Shown here: piece by piece, positions 12,101 to 26,388 of the stretch | Numbering within the stretch: position 1 is the first letter of the stretch | Layout of the letters: each line of letters begins with the position of its first letter | Assembly: GCF_001194135.2 (NCBI RefSeq) | Contig: NC_068997.1 | Coordinates: 47,755,516-47,819,515, forward strand | Source: Octopus bimaculoides | Lineage: Eukaryota | Length of the DNA stretch: 64,000 bases | Direction: 5' to 3' | Translations under genes and position numbers: made by a program | Notes under the pieces: model-generated | The model's input: the letters and a program-made list of their open reading frames with translations, nothing else | Told to the model about the DNA's origin: nothing | Database searches by the model: none

Positions 12101-15100
12101 TATTATAAGCATTCAAAAACTACCTCCTACTTCCTCTCACAATCTCTCTCTCATTCTCTCTAATATCTTTTTTTACTCTATTAAATTCCATCCAAACTAC
12201 CCTCTACTCCCACTCTCTGTATAACTCATTCTCACTAATGTTCCTTCACCTCCTCCTCCACCCCCTGTTCTCACTCTAATATCCTCTCTTCCACAAGATT
12301 CAAATCCTCCATCCCCCCACCCCTGCACCATCCACCATAGTATAGTTATCAGGTGATATATTTACCTGGTTCAGGTAGAAGTACTGGGGAGCATCTTGGA
12401 GTCCGTATTCTTTCTTTTCTTCAGGAGTCATAGCAGACAACATCTCATAGAAGACATGGTAATTCCTTTCATCATCCGGCTGTAAAGAGACAAACATGAC
12501 ACCAATGAGTGGCCACTTCTGTTCATACTCTCCACCTTGCAGAGATGAGAGTGAACACTCATCATCCAGCATTCTCACACTCAACACATTAAAACAAAAA
12601 TACTTTTGGCTCAATATGTGGTACAGTATAGTGAGGTACAATCTGGTGTGGTGTGGTGATACAGGAAACAGTGCAGTGTGGTGTATTGGTAGTGTGATAC
12701 AGGGTACCATGTGGTGTAGGATAGTGCACTGCTGCACTGTGGTGCTATATGGTGTATGTGTGACACAGGATGCAATGTAGTGTAGTGTAAGGCAGTATGA
12801 TGCTGTGCAATATGGTGTGACACAAGGTACTACAAAATGATATAAGATGCAGTGTGGTGTAGGATTGTGTAGTGCTGCACAGTACAGTGTTCTGCAGTGT
12901 AAAGTAGTGTTATGCTGCAGTATAGTATGTAGTGTAGTACAAGCTGCAGTTTGGTGTAGTACAGTGTAAAGTGGTGTGATGCTGTGCAGCATGATGTGAT
13001 AAAAATGCAGTGCTGTGTGATACAAGGTGCCATGTGGTGTAGGATAGAATAGCATTGCACTGTACAGTGTGCTGCATTGTGAGGTGATGCTATGTGGTGT
13101 GATACAAGGTGCAATGTGGTGTTGTTCAGTTACAGTATAGTACAGGGTACGATGTGGTGTATGACAGTGTAGTGTTTCACTATGTAGCATGCTGGAGTGT
13201 AAAGTGGTGCAATGATACAGGGTGTAATGTGGTGCTGTGGAATGTAATGTGGTGTTGCAGTGTAGTACAGGGTGCTGTGTGGTATTTTGGTATGCAGTGT
13301 GGTGTGGCACAAGGTGCAGTTTGGTGTAGAATAGTTTAAGCTGGAAGATGTATAAAAGCCCCATGTGTGTGTTTGTGTTTACATTACACTGCTTATGCAA
13401 CAGGGCTCTTTGTTTACAATCTCCCATAAACATTATATCAGCTCAATGGTTCAATATACAAAGACCAGTGGAATGAAAAGTACCTTACTTAAAAAAAAAC
13501 AAGAAATATTTCATGACGACAAAGGCATCTGACCATAGAATTTGATAAGTCTCATCCAACCCATGCTAGCACAGAAAAATCAGATGTTAAAAAGGAAATG
13601 ACACAATATAATATGGTGTATTATGAGAGAGTGAGGGTTCACATGATCACCAGAACAAGATATGACAAGATATGATAAAGTACAACACTCACCTGCTTAA
13701 CGATACGGGACCTTTCCAGGAGATATTCTGCTGTGCGGGCACCACAGATGGAGCCACTAGAAGACAAAATAAAACAATGACAATATAGCATATAGTATAT
13801 TCATGACCCACTTTAGTTAATTAAACAATCAAATTTAAATATAATTAATATATTGGTTTCAAATTTTGACATAAGGCCAGCAAATTTGGGGGAGGAAGCC
13901 AGTCGAATACATTGTCCCCAGTGTGTAACTGGTACTTACTTTATTAACTCCAAAAGGATGAATGGTAAAGTTAACCTCGGTGGAATTTGAACTCAGAACG
14001 TAAAGCTGGATAGACAATAAGCTGCTAAGCGTTTTGCCCAGCATGCTAATGATTCAGCCAGCTCGCTACCTTAAATATAAATAACATGTTAACAATATTA
14101 ATATTGCTAACATTCTCTTTTACTCTTTTACTTGTTTCAGTCATTTGACTGTGGCCATGCTGGAGCACCACCTTTAGTCGAGCAAATCGACCCCAGGACT
14201 TATTCTTTGGAAGCTAGGCTTATTTTATCAGTCTCTTTTGCTGGACTGCTACATAATGGGGACATAAACACACCAGCATTGGTTGTCAAGCGATGGTGGG
14301 GGGACAAACACAGACACACAAACATATACACACATACATATGCACAACAGGCTTCTTCCAGTTTCCATCTACCAAATCCACTCACAAGGCTTTGGTCGAC
14401 CCGAGACTATAGTAGAAGACACTTGCCCAAGGTGCCACCCAGTGGAATGAACCTGGAACCATGTGGTTAGTATGCAAGCTATTTACCACACAGCCACTCC
14501 TGCGCCTATATATTATTAATATATTAACAATCAATTTGAACTTGTATTGGTGGGTTAATGATAGGAAGCAAATTATGGTACATAATTGGCAGTTAAATAT
14601 AATACCTGGAAGGAAGAGAGGCATTTCATGTGTGAATAATAATTTGTAACTAGCCTTTGAAACACACTGCATTAAATATACTAGCACCAACTTAGCTGAT
14701 TTTTCTTTTTCCTTACAGATAGCATTTCTAAATTATTTATTCTCTAAAATATGCTAATTTTCAACACCAACTACTATTCTGTATTGTACATCTACTTAAT
14801 GAATCTACTTCAGTATGTACACTGAAGTTTTGCAGACATCTTATGAACTAGGTCTAGAGTTATCTCCCATCTTTCCTACTAGAATAATGACTAGAAATGT
14901 TAATACCATGTAATAAGCTGAAAAAGAAAAAAAGAAAAAAAAATCAAAAGCAGGTACATTCTATTCATTTTTCCTTATTCGTAATTTCACATTCAAACTT
15001 CTAGTCCTACCAGACATTACGAAGAAATAATTATCTCCCCTGTACTAACTGTCCACTAGGTGACTTCATGTGTTTAAAATATTGATTTTTAATTTTGGTA

Positions 15101-15528
15101 CAAGGCCAGCAATTTCACAGGTTGGGGTAAGTTCATTGCATCAACCTCAGTGTTCAACTGGTACTTACCTTAACGACCCTGAAAGGATCAAAGGAGATAT
15201 CAGCCTCAGTGAAATTTGAACTCAGAACACAAAGACTAATGAAATGCTGCTAAGCATTTTCCCTGGCATGCTAACGATTCTGCCAGCTTAATGCTTTCCA
15301 CATGTTTAAAATATTAGTAATTAACAAATATTGTCTTTTCTTCCCAACCATGCAATTATTTCTAATTAAACTTAATCTTCAGTGCATTGAATATTTTAAC
15401 ACTAACTTAATCATTATAATTAATAGTTGAATTAGAAGAATGTGGTACTTTAATTGAAAAATGGGCCGACCAAAGCCTTGTGAGTGGATTTGGTAGACAG
15501 AAACTGAAAGAACCCCGTCGTATATATG

Positions 15529-15561
<33 letters not shown>

Positions 15562-16875
15562 TTGTGTGTCTGTGTTTGTCCCCCTAGTATCGCTTGACAA
15601 CTGATGCTGGTGTGTTTATGTCCCCGTAACTTAGCGGTTCGGCAAAAGAGCCCGATAGAATAAGTACTAGGCTTACAAAGAATAAGTCCTGGGGTCGATT
15701 TGCTCGACTAAAGGTGGTGCTCCAGCGTGGCCGCAGTCACATGACTGAAACAAGTAAAAGAATAAGTGTGCTATCAGGAAGAGCATTCAATCACAGAATA
15801 TTACCTCAGAAATGTTTGTCCAAACCATGCCAGCAAGGAAGAATAATTTAGATAAATGTAAAGTCTTTAGATAATTTCAAAAAGTCATTATAAAAAACTT
15901 AGAAGAGGTGGCAAAAATATTTTAATTGCATATTAATATATTTTATTATTAAAGTGTTTTTTTAATGCTATTAATAGTTTTATTGATGGTATGTTTTTAT
16001 GTTTCAGACAACAACATTGTCGCCATCCTCTCTTTACTCTACTCTTTTACTCTTTTACTTGTTTCAGTCATTTGACTGCGGCCATGCTGGAGCACCACCT
16101 TTAGCCGAGCAAATCGACCCCAGGACTTATTCTTTGGATGCCTAGTACTTATTCTATCGGTCTCTTTTGGTGAACCGCTAAGTTACGGGGAGATAAACAC
16201 ACCAGCATCAGTTGTCAAGCGATGTTGGGGGGGCCAAACACAGACATACAAACATATACACTTACATACATATATACGACGGGCTTCTTTCAGTTTCCGT
16301 CTACCAAATACACTCACAAGGCTTTGGTTGGCCCGAGGCTATAGTAGAAGACACTTGCCCAAGGTGCCACGCAGTGGGACTGAAACCGGAACCATGTGGT
16401 TGGTAAGCAAGCTACTTACCACACAGCGCCTGTATATTTATCCTGTATATTTAATGCTATGGATATTAAAAAGTTAATTAAAAATAATTATTTAGTGGGG
16501 AAAAGACAGTCTTAATTAATGATTAAAAAAATTCCTAGTAAACAACATGTAATGAAAGCTGAAAAACACTTTTTTTTTATCAAAGACATCAAGAGATACA
16601 GAGTAAAACAATAAACTACATGGTCATTTTGGCAAACTTAGCTTTCCTCCTCCTACTACATCTCACACCAACTCCCCCTGTTTCCCAAGCCCTGACTGCT
16701 ACTGCATTGACAACATGACTATCCTCCCACCACCAATCATACCCAGCATGCATCTCTTTGCCCTCCTCTCTCTACCTAACCTTACTCCTGATCTCATTCA
16801 TTTTAATCCCATTAAAGCAAAAGTGATCTAATTCTTAAATCTTTATTTACAAACAATTTAAGATGAGTGGTTAAA

Positions 16876-16913
<38 letters not shown>

Positions 16914-19900
16914 AAAGGTCTATGCACCTTTGAATGTGCTTAACTTTGTAGAATTGAAACTGGCCATATCTGGCCAAAATAGTCAACCAGTTTTCTGCTC
17001 AAATGGACAGATCTGGCACCTTTCCCTAATGTCATTCTAAAACTAAACCATCACATCATCGAAATCTTGGTAGTGAAATATTGCATGACTAATTCAAAAC
17101 AATGTAATTAAGTAAGCAATGTGTTTGATAGAGGGATCTGAATGCTTACCGGTTAAGCACTTCACAATACTACCCAAATTAAGGAGACCATAGAATAGAC
17201 CTGTCTCTCTCTCTCACTATCCCAGCTGCTCTATCAAACCCTCAACAACACATACTATAATTTGCCTTCCACCATTAAACTAACAACACCAGTTCAAACT
17301 AATTGTTAACGACACAAACCCCACACAGATATAAATCTGACATCACAGGTCTAAGAGGGCTCAAAAGGCTATGGTCACCATACTTAACTTTCAGATTAAT
17401 GAATAAAAATATGTAAAACCTGTAAGGTAGGAAAATAGGTAGAATCAGTTGATAGACATGGCTGTGTGGCAAGACGTTTGTTTCTCAATTACATGCTTCT
17501 GGGTTCAGTTCCACTGCACTGCTCCTTGGGCAAATGTCTTCAACTATAGGCTTGGATTGACTAACAACAGCAATATAAAGCAAAAATAATAAAATACAAG
17601 CAGACTAACCTTTGAAAGAAAAGTTCTATATATTTCCCAAATCGGCTGGAGTTATCATTACGTATGGTCTTGGCATTGCCAAAGGATTCAAGGAGTGGGT
17701 TTCCTTCCAAAATCTGTTCAGTGATTAGGTTGTCATTATTGCGATTGACAAGTGCAACATACTGCATGATGAGTTTGCAGCTCTCGGTCTTCCCAGAACC
17801 ACTTTCACCACTGGAGGAGAGAAGATAAAATCAAAATGTAATTTATAACAGAGAGAATATAAATATTTTTGTCAAAGACTCCAAAATCAAAAAAAAAGTT
17901 AAATTTTCTATGGAAGAGAAAGTAATTTAGAGGGTACAATATATTAACTACCAGCTCCTGAAGAGGACTAATTGGGTCTGCAGCCCCAAACTAAGCAGAG
18001 CTAAATAGCATGACTATAACATGTCTATAATGACTATATGCCCTGGTGATCTTTGACCAGAGGTTAAGGATGGATAAGAATTAATTCGGTAAAGCAATCA
18101 TTCTATTGTTCCAGTCCCAAGTTCAATTCCAACTGTTGGCCAATTTGTCCCAAAGTTCTTATCTCAATGTAAAATTAACAAAGCGAATGTCATTTATCTC
18201 CCCCTTGATCTCTGACATCATCTGACAAACACCAACCAAGATGGCGCGAATAAGCCAAGTTTTACTTGTTAGAAATAGTAACCCAAATACCTTTAAATAA
18301 AATCCCAAAACTAGATGTTCAAGAACTGAATGAAGGGCAGATTTTCAATCTCAGAAACATCCTGATTCCGAAAAGGTATAATATGTCTATGCAGAGCAAA
18401 TGTAGACTGAGACACAGATGCAAGACACTATCAATTCAATAGTACAACACAAATAAAGCAATCCACAAACAAGAGACACACTCTATACAGTGAATATCCT
18501 GATTTTTTGATTCAAAGCTGATGGATTGGTACTTTGACCAAATCCAAAAACTTGCAGATCGTTGGCAGAAGGTCATGGAAAATGATGGTTTTTATTTTGA
18601 AGAATAGTAGTTGTTGTTTTTGAATAAATTCTTGCATAAAAAAATCATTATTTTAACACAACACATGAACTTTTTCCTCAACCTAGTTTTCGCCTTTATT
18701 TGATAATCTAAATAAGTATTGGCCACTCCTATCCTTCTTTCTTCCAGTTACCACTCCTTCTCCATCAGACATTTTCTTACTACCAACCTAACAACGTCCC
18801 CTTTTATGTAGATAAAGCTAGATATATGATTCCAGTACACTGGGAGTCAAGTAGATTGACATTAATTGATATATCACCATTTACTAAGCAACTCTCAATG
18901 GATTTAATTCTAAATGGTTGAAGACTACATACTACATAAAGACTTCTAAATAGAAGTAACTACATCACCACTCCTGTTATCTTGACCCCCCCCCCACTAT
19001 CCCCTCTGCTACTCTCTGAATTATAGTGGGCTTAACAAGGTATGCATTCTCATTCTGTCACAGTTATAACAAAAGGAAACAATGTAAATATTTTGGTTTC
19101 CATTATTGATGTAAATTTGTTAAAAAATAGTTATCCTTTAAATTTGAAATCTATGCGTTCATCCGACGACAACGATTTCTTTCAAATTAATGTAAATGTT
19201 TTNNNNNNNNNNTTTGTTAAAAAATAGTTATCCTTTAAATTTGAAATCTATGCGTTCATCCGACGACAACGATTTCTTTCAAATTAATGTAAATGTTTTC
19301 ATTAATCAATTAAATGGAGTCACTTGAAGTGGACGTAATGAATTGACACCTGTACATCTTTGTTACACACACACACACATCTATTAGTGAGTGTGTCTTT
19401 GTGTCTGTGTTTGTCCCCTCCCAAAGCTCGACAACCAGTGTTGGTTTGATTACATCCTTGTAACTTAGCAGTTTGGCATTAAAAAAAGTATTCGGGTTGG
19501 TACATTCGATTAAAAATTATTCAAGGCAGAACCTCTGCATGGCCATAGTCTAATGATTGAAACAAGTAAAAGATAAAAGATATAAACACTTTATTAGTGT
19601 TAATAGGATGAAGGTATATGGAAAATATTACAAATGAATTAATTGCTAAGATTTTTAATATAAAGTGATATCAGATATAAGAATAAATATGAGACAAAAA
19701 TACTGGGTTCTCTATTTTGTTTGATAACGTATATTAACTCTTTAATATTTAAAATGGCCATATCTGGTACATGGCACATGAATCAATGGTTAGAGCATTG
19801 AGCTCAAAATCAAGGGGTAATGAGTTTGATTCCTGGACTGGGCTGTATGTTGTGTTCTTGAGCAAGACATTGCTCCAGTTTACTCAGCTGTAGAAATGAG

Positions 19901-21892
19901 TTGTGATATCTTTGGTGCCAAGCTGTATCGGCTCCTGTACTGGTGGCATGTAAAAAGTACAATTCAAGTGTGATCATTGCCAGTGTCACCTTACCAACAT
20001 GTGCCGGTGACACATAAAAGATAACATTCGAGTGTGGTCATTGCCAGTGCCACCAGACTGGCTCCTGTGCAGGTAGTACATAAAAAATACCTTTTGAGCG
20101 TGGTCATTGCCAGAGCTGCCTGACTAGCCCTTGTGCCGGTGGCACGTAAAAGCACCCACTACACTCTCGGAGTGGTTGGCATTAGGAAGGGCATCCAGCT
20201 GTAGAAACATTGTCAGATCAGATTGAGCCTGGTGCAGCCTTCTGGCTCAACAGTCCTCAGTCAAACCGTCCAACCCATTCCAGCTTGGAAAGCAGACATT
20301 AAACAACGACAATGATGATGATGATGATATATATACATAACAACATTTTATATATTATCTATGCTGGCAAACATACATTTTCAAAGTTAGAATCGTATGA
20401 GGGTTAACATTCTAGCAAATAAATAACATTTTCCTGTCATGCAAGCCCCCACAACACTTGTCAGAGTGCTGACTCACTGGTAGGGAATTCAATTAAATAA
20501 GGTAAATGTAAATAGTGTGTAAGATTAAGCCCTACCTAGTACAAATGACTGAACTATGTCAACTGGAAGACTGATAACACAACAACAATAATAATAGTTT
20601 CTAATTTAGAAACAAAGCTAGCAATTTTGAGGGGAGGGTATAAGTTTAGTTGATGTCATCAACTCTAGTACTAGACTGAAATGCTGAAAAGTTGATCATG
20701 GCAGGATTTGAACTCAGAACATAAAGAGCTAGAAAAAATACTGCAAGACTGTCCCAAACTTTATTAATCCTTTTTACTAAGGCCTGAATTTTGGGGGAGC
20801 GGGCTAGTCTATTACATCGACCCCAGTGTTCTGGTATTTATTTTATTGATCTCAAAAGGATGAAAGGCAAGGTCAGTCCTGGTAGAAAACTAAACTCAGA
20901 ACACAATAATAATAACAATAATAATAATCATCATCATCATCGTTTAACATCCGTTTTCCATGCTGGCATGGGATGAATGGTTCTAATGGGGGTCTGGGAT
21001 GCCAGGAGGCTGCATCAGTTTCCAATTTGATCAGGCAGTGTTTCTACAGCTGCAGGCCCTTCCTAATGCCAACCACTCCGAGAGTGTAGTGGGTGCTTTT
21101 TATGTGCCACTGGCACAGGGGCCAGAGGGGGCTGGCATCGACCACATTTGGATGATGCTTTTACGTGCCACCGGTATGGGAGCCAGTCAAGGCGGCGCTA
21201 GCATCAGCCATGTTTGGATGGTGCTTTTTACGTGCCACCAGCACAGGAGCCAGTCGGGGTGAGACGGGCGGGCATCAACCATGTTTGGATGGTGCTTTTT
21301 ACGTGCCACCAGCATGGGGAGCCAGACAGGTGGTGTTGGCATCAGCCACAACTACAATTTCCATTTGATTGTGGTTTGATTTGATTTTGATGTACTTGAC
21401 TCAATAGGTCTCCTCAAGCATGACAAATTGCCCTACGATCTAAAGGTACTTTTTGAGTGGGCTGGTTATGCAACACTGATGCAGGCTACAGCTGTGATCT
21501 CACTTTATTTGCCAGGTCTTCTCAGTCACGGCATATCTCCAGCATAATAATAAAAGTTTCTGATTTAGGTACAAGTTTAGAATGAAAGGCAAAGTGAAAC
21601 TTGACAGTATTTGAATACAGAACATAAAATCAGAAGAAATGCCGGTAAGCATTTTTTTTCCTGCACAGTAATAATTCTGCCACCTCGCCACCATAATAAT
21701 AATAATAATCCTTTCAATTGTAGGCACTGAAATTTGCGGGGAGGGGTTGAGTCAATTACATCAACCCCAGTGCATAACTGATACTTATTTAATCGACCCT
21801 GGTGGAATTTGAACTCAGAATGTAGCAGCAGACGAAATACTGCTAAGCATTTTGCCCGGCGTGCTAACGATTCTGCCAAGTCCACTGCTTTG

Positions 21893-21933
<41 letters not shown>

Positions 21934-24900
21934 TGAGCAATAGTTGGAAGAAGCACTTGACTAATGTGTGTGATTGTACGTGTGTGTGTGTGTGTGTTCG
22001 TGCTTTATTTGTTACAGCATGGTTGCATTTAAACGAAGATAATCTGTGTGTTCACCAGTTGTCATGAATTTAGCCCCTGACACTTCTAATCCTTTATATC
22101 AGGCTGGCTTTAATTGTAACATGCTGTTGCTGTTGTTGCCGAGATAAGTAGATGAGCTGTTCAAAAAATATGTCACCTAAATTTTTCAAAGTAATTCAGT
22201 GTGATCAGCAACAACAAAAAAGAAAATGATAAATTATTTAATAAAATACAATAAAACATAAAAAAAGTGAAAATCCATTACAAATAGTACATTGTCAGCC
22301 ATTGAATTTAACACAATAATATAGTTGAAGGAAATAAAATAGCTGTTTCATTGTTACATAACATACAACTAAGCATGTATTTTCTTTCATTCAGTAAAAT
22401 TATTTTCTGATTTTAACTGTAATTATATAGAAGACCAAACACTAGTTTCTTTTTGGTCAAACATTCAATGACAGTTTTTGTCTTTTTGTTATAGCCAAGT
22501 AGACCCAATAAATTGCTGGTACTGCCTCATCACTATTTGACATATGTATTCCATGCTGGAAAAGGAACGGGCAGTTTGACAGGAAGTGCTGAGCTAGACT
22601 AATGCTCTGCAACCGATATGCCATGGCACACTGGTGTGCCATGAGATGATGCTAGGTGTGCCATAATGTAACCCGAATATAACTTTTTCCCTTATACTTT
22701 TAGTTATATTTTTAGTTCAGGTGTGTTGATGAATTTTGAAAAAAATATAAGTGTACCGCAAGTGAAAAAAGGTTGTGGAGCATTGAGCCAGATGATTGTG
22801 TCAAGCTCCAGTGACTGCATTGGCATACTTTCTACAGCTGGATGCCCTTCCTAATGCCAACCAGTTTATGAAGTGTACAGGGAGCTTTTTACATGGTGCT
22901 GGCAGCAATTTTGTCATACAAGCAGTGTCATTTATTTCTGTTATTCTGCAAAAGTATGTCTGGCAATGGAAGAAATATTACCTTGCTTGGAAACATTGGA
23001 AATAGATGAGAGTTGATGCCAAGAAGGGCATACAGTAATAGAAAATCTGCTTCACTAAACACTGTCCAGACCATGCAAGCATGGTAAAGTGGATATTATG
23101 ATGATAACGAGTTCCTGAGTGCAACGTAACTGATGAAATGACAAGATGGTCCCCGCACAAATGCTGTTGATCAGGTCTGTGTGAATTAGTTACCTGTTCA
23201 TAATTATTCTTTCTTCTCATAGGCACTGGTGTAAGAAGCTTGCTTCACAACCACATGGCTCTGGGTTCAGTCCCACTGCATATCACCTTGGGCAAGTGTC
23301 TTCTACTATAGCCTCGGGCTGATCAAAGCCTTGCGAGTAGATTTTGTAGAGGTAAACTGACAGAAGCCCATTGTTTATATATATATATATATATATACAA
23401 TTTAAATATACGATAAAATCTTTATAAGAATTTATTGAGTAGTTAGCGAGAATAAACCTCACAAGGGAAAAATTTATTAATTATTCCATATAAATACATT
23501 TATTTATATTAAGGGCATTACTATACATAAATGCCTCATGCTAGGAGGGACTCTAAAAGTCAAACTACCATAGTAAACACATTTTACCGAAATATATATA
23601 TACATTTATATATTTTCTTTATTGCCCACAGGGGGCTAAACACAGAGGGGATAAACAAAGACAGACAAACAGATTAAGTCAATTACATCAACCCCAGTGC
23701 GTAATTGGTACTTATTTAATCGACCCTGTTTTCTTGAGCAAAATGCTATATTTCCTGTTGTGCCAGCTCACACAGCCGTAAAAGAGGTAACCCTGTAAAG
23801 GACCGGTAGCCCATTCAGTAGAGAATGTTGCGAACCAGCCCTAAGAAACCGAGGGCTCCAGACAGTAATGTCCAGGAGTTGATGATGATGAATAAAGACA
23901 AGACGGTCAAAGCTGGAGTGCAGGTTTGACTCAAGGTGAAACAACAACCATGCAGTAATTATGCTTGAAGATGTTCTGATAAGCAATATAAATGTCATTA
24001 ACATATATTGTCATAGGAAAAAATTGAACATGAAAAATTTTTATTCTTACCTGATGAGAACAACTTGGTTTTCCCAATCTCGCAACATTTTTTCGTAGCA
24101 CACACTGCCAATGGCAAATAAGTGACTGAAATGGTGAGCAAAGAGATATAAAATGTAATATGTTACAAGCAATCATTTTGGGGTACATTCTTTGTATTTT
24201 CAACCCTTAATAGAACAACCCTTTAGCATTTGAAACTGGCCACATCTGGTCCCAAATATTCTACCTGTTTTATATACAAACTGGCCAGATTTGGCCTCTC
24301 ACACCTAGCCTACAATATCATTCTAAAAATAAACAATCATATCATTGAAATTTCATAATTACAAGATAATGCATGATTAATTCAAAACAGGTGGAGGCAT
24401 GTGGCTTTGTGATTTGGGTGTTGGACTCATGTTTGTAAGATTGTGGTTTCAATTCCAGGCTCAGGCGATGCCTTGTGTTCTTGAGCAAAACACTTCATTT
24501 CACATTGCTCCAGTCCAATCGACTGATAATCCTGCAATGGCCCAACAACTATCTCGTTTGGGGTGATAAATGTGCCACAGAAACCAGGAAACCAGCTGTA
24601 TGAGTCTTTAGAACTTGGGAAGGATCTAATTCAAAACACTGTGAATAAATAATCATTACATTTGACTGGCTAGTCTGAATGCTAAAGAGATTGAGAATTC
24701 AAATAGTTAAATTCTAGACGAAAATATCTAATCTTGACCAGCTATTCTAAAATTGTAAGAAATATCTTTTATCTTTTACTTGTTTCAGTCATTAGACTGT
24801 GGTCATACTGGGGCACCACCTTGTGGAATTTTGGTTGAACTAATCAACCCCAGTACATATTTTCTTTTTAAGCCTGGTGCTTATTCTATTGGTGTTATTC

Positions 24901-25180
24901 TAACATTAGACGTCAAGCAGTGGTGGGGGACAAACACACACACACACACACACACACGTATATTTTGAATCCTTGTATTTTAGATATATAATTTAATGAA
25001 GCAGGAGGGAAAGAAAGTATTTAAACACTACTATTACTATTACACAAGACTTAACACACTCAATCATGGCTCACAGTAAAATGCTTACCAACCCGAAATG
25101 CCAATCGCTCACAGTTCTTCGTTTTATAACAATTGGTCAGTCCACCTTTTAGTCACATGAGGGGTGGTCAGAATCCTTCC

Positions 25181-25226
<46 letters not shown>

Positions 25227-26339
25227 ATATATGATGGGCTTCTTTCAGTTTCTGTCAACTAAATCCACTCACAAGGGTTTGGTTGGCCCAAGGCTATATC
25301 AAAAGACACTTGTTTAAAGTGCCATGCAGTGGGACTGAACCTGGAACCATTAATAATAATCGTTCCTAACAAAGGCACAAGGTTTGAAATTTTAGTGGGG
25401 GGAGTTACTCAATCAGATTGACCCCGGTATTTGGCTGGTACTTTATTTTATTGATTCTGTAGAGATGACTATTGTAATGAAGTCTCAGAATCTGGCCCTT
25501 CCCATTATAATGCTTAGTAATAATGGTAAAATTGTCTTACGGTGGCTGTTGTCCGATGGGGCAACCCTCATACTTCTTAACAACATCTTTACCATAAATG
25601 TTGAAAATTTTATAAGGGTTAATGGCAACCAAGATAGAACCAATGTAAGTCTGCAAAGAAGAAATAAATTGATGATAGAAACACAAACCATTTGTATGTT
25701 TAATATATAAATACAAATACACACACACAAGAGATGTAAACTCTTACACACACTCTCTCTCTCTAATCATTACATATTTATCTTCATTAGAGTAAATTTG
25801 GCTTACAGCTGTTTGTAGAAAACACAAATCCGGAGAAGAAGCACACTCTGTTGTAGAGCAGTGTATATTTTAATGGGGGTGGCCCATTTATGGGATTACC
25901 CTGGGTTTGCTGTCCATAAAAGACTTATGGCATATTGTTAGACCTCAAAACCTGTTGGCTTAAGGTCTTAGGCCAACAGGTTTTGGGGTCTGATGATATG
26001 CCATAAAGCTAAACCCTTCGATTGAAAATTTATGGAAAGAATATAGAAAGCATATTTCTGTTCACATACACAGGATCCCCTGCTGTTAACTGTAAGCTAT
26101 AAAGCAATTTTTTCACCTTATTGAACTTTGATATGGGAAATATTTACAACCTTCTATGTCGATAAACCACTATTGCTCCTGAAAGTTGTTTTTATACCTT
26201 TTATGAACTGCTTGAAGCTTACAATCTTCCTACACCTTGATCGTTGGATCTTACCTTTACACACACACACACACACAAGCAGACATGTATATACATTAAT
26301 ATATACTCATTTATAAACACACATCCAAACATACTTTAC

Positions 26340-26388
<49 letters not shown>

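Noticed and set aside
12300-13433. 377-aa ORF rich in His/Thr/Tyr/Cys
   Set aside because: It is the translation of the pentamer satellite, which rarely yields stops on this strand; only the 38 codons of myosin exon 7 are real.
19925-21335. Repeat-spacer-like arrays suggesting CRISPR
   Set aside because: Eukaryotic context, no cas genes, the 'spacers' are homologous to each other, and the arrays lie inside a dispersed retroelement.
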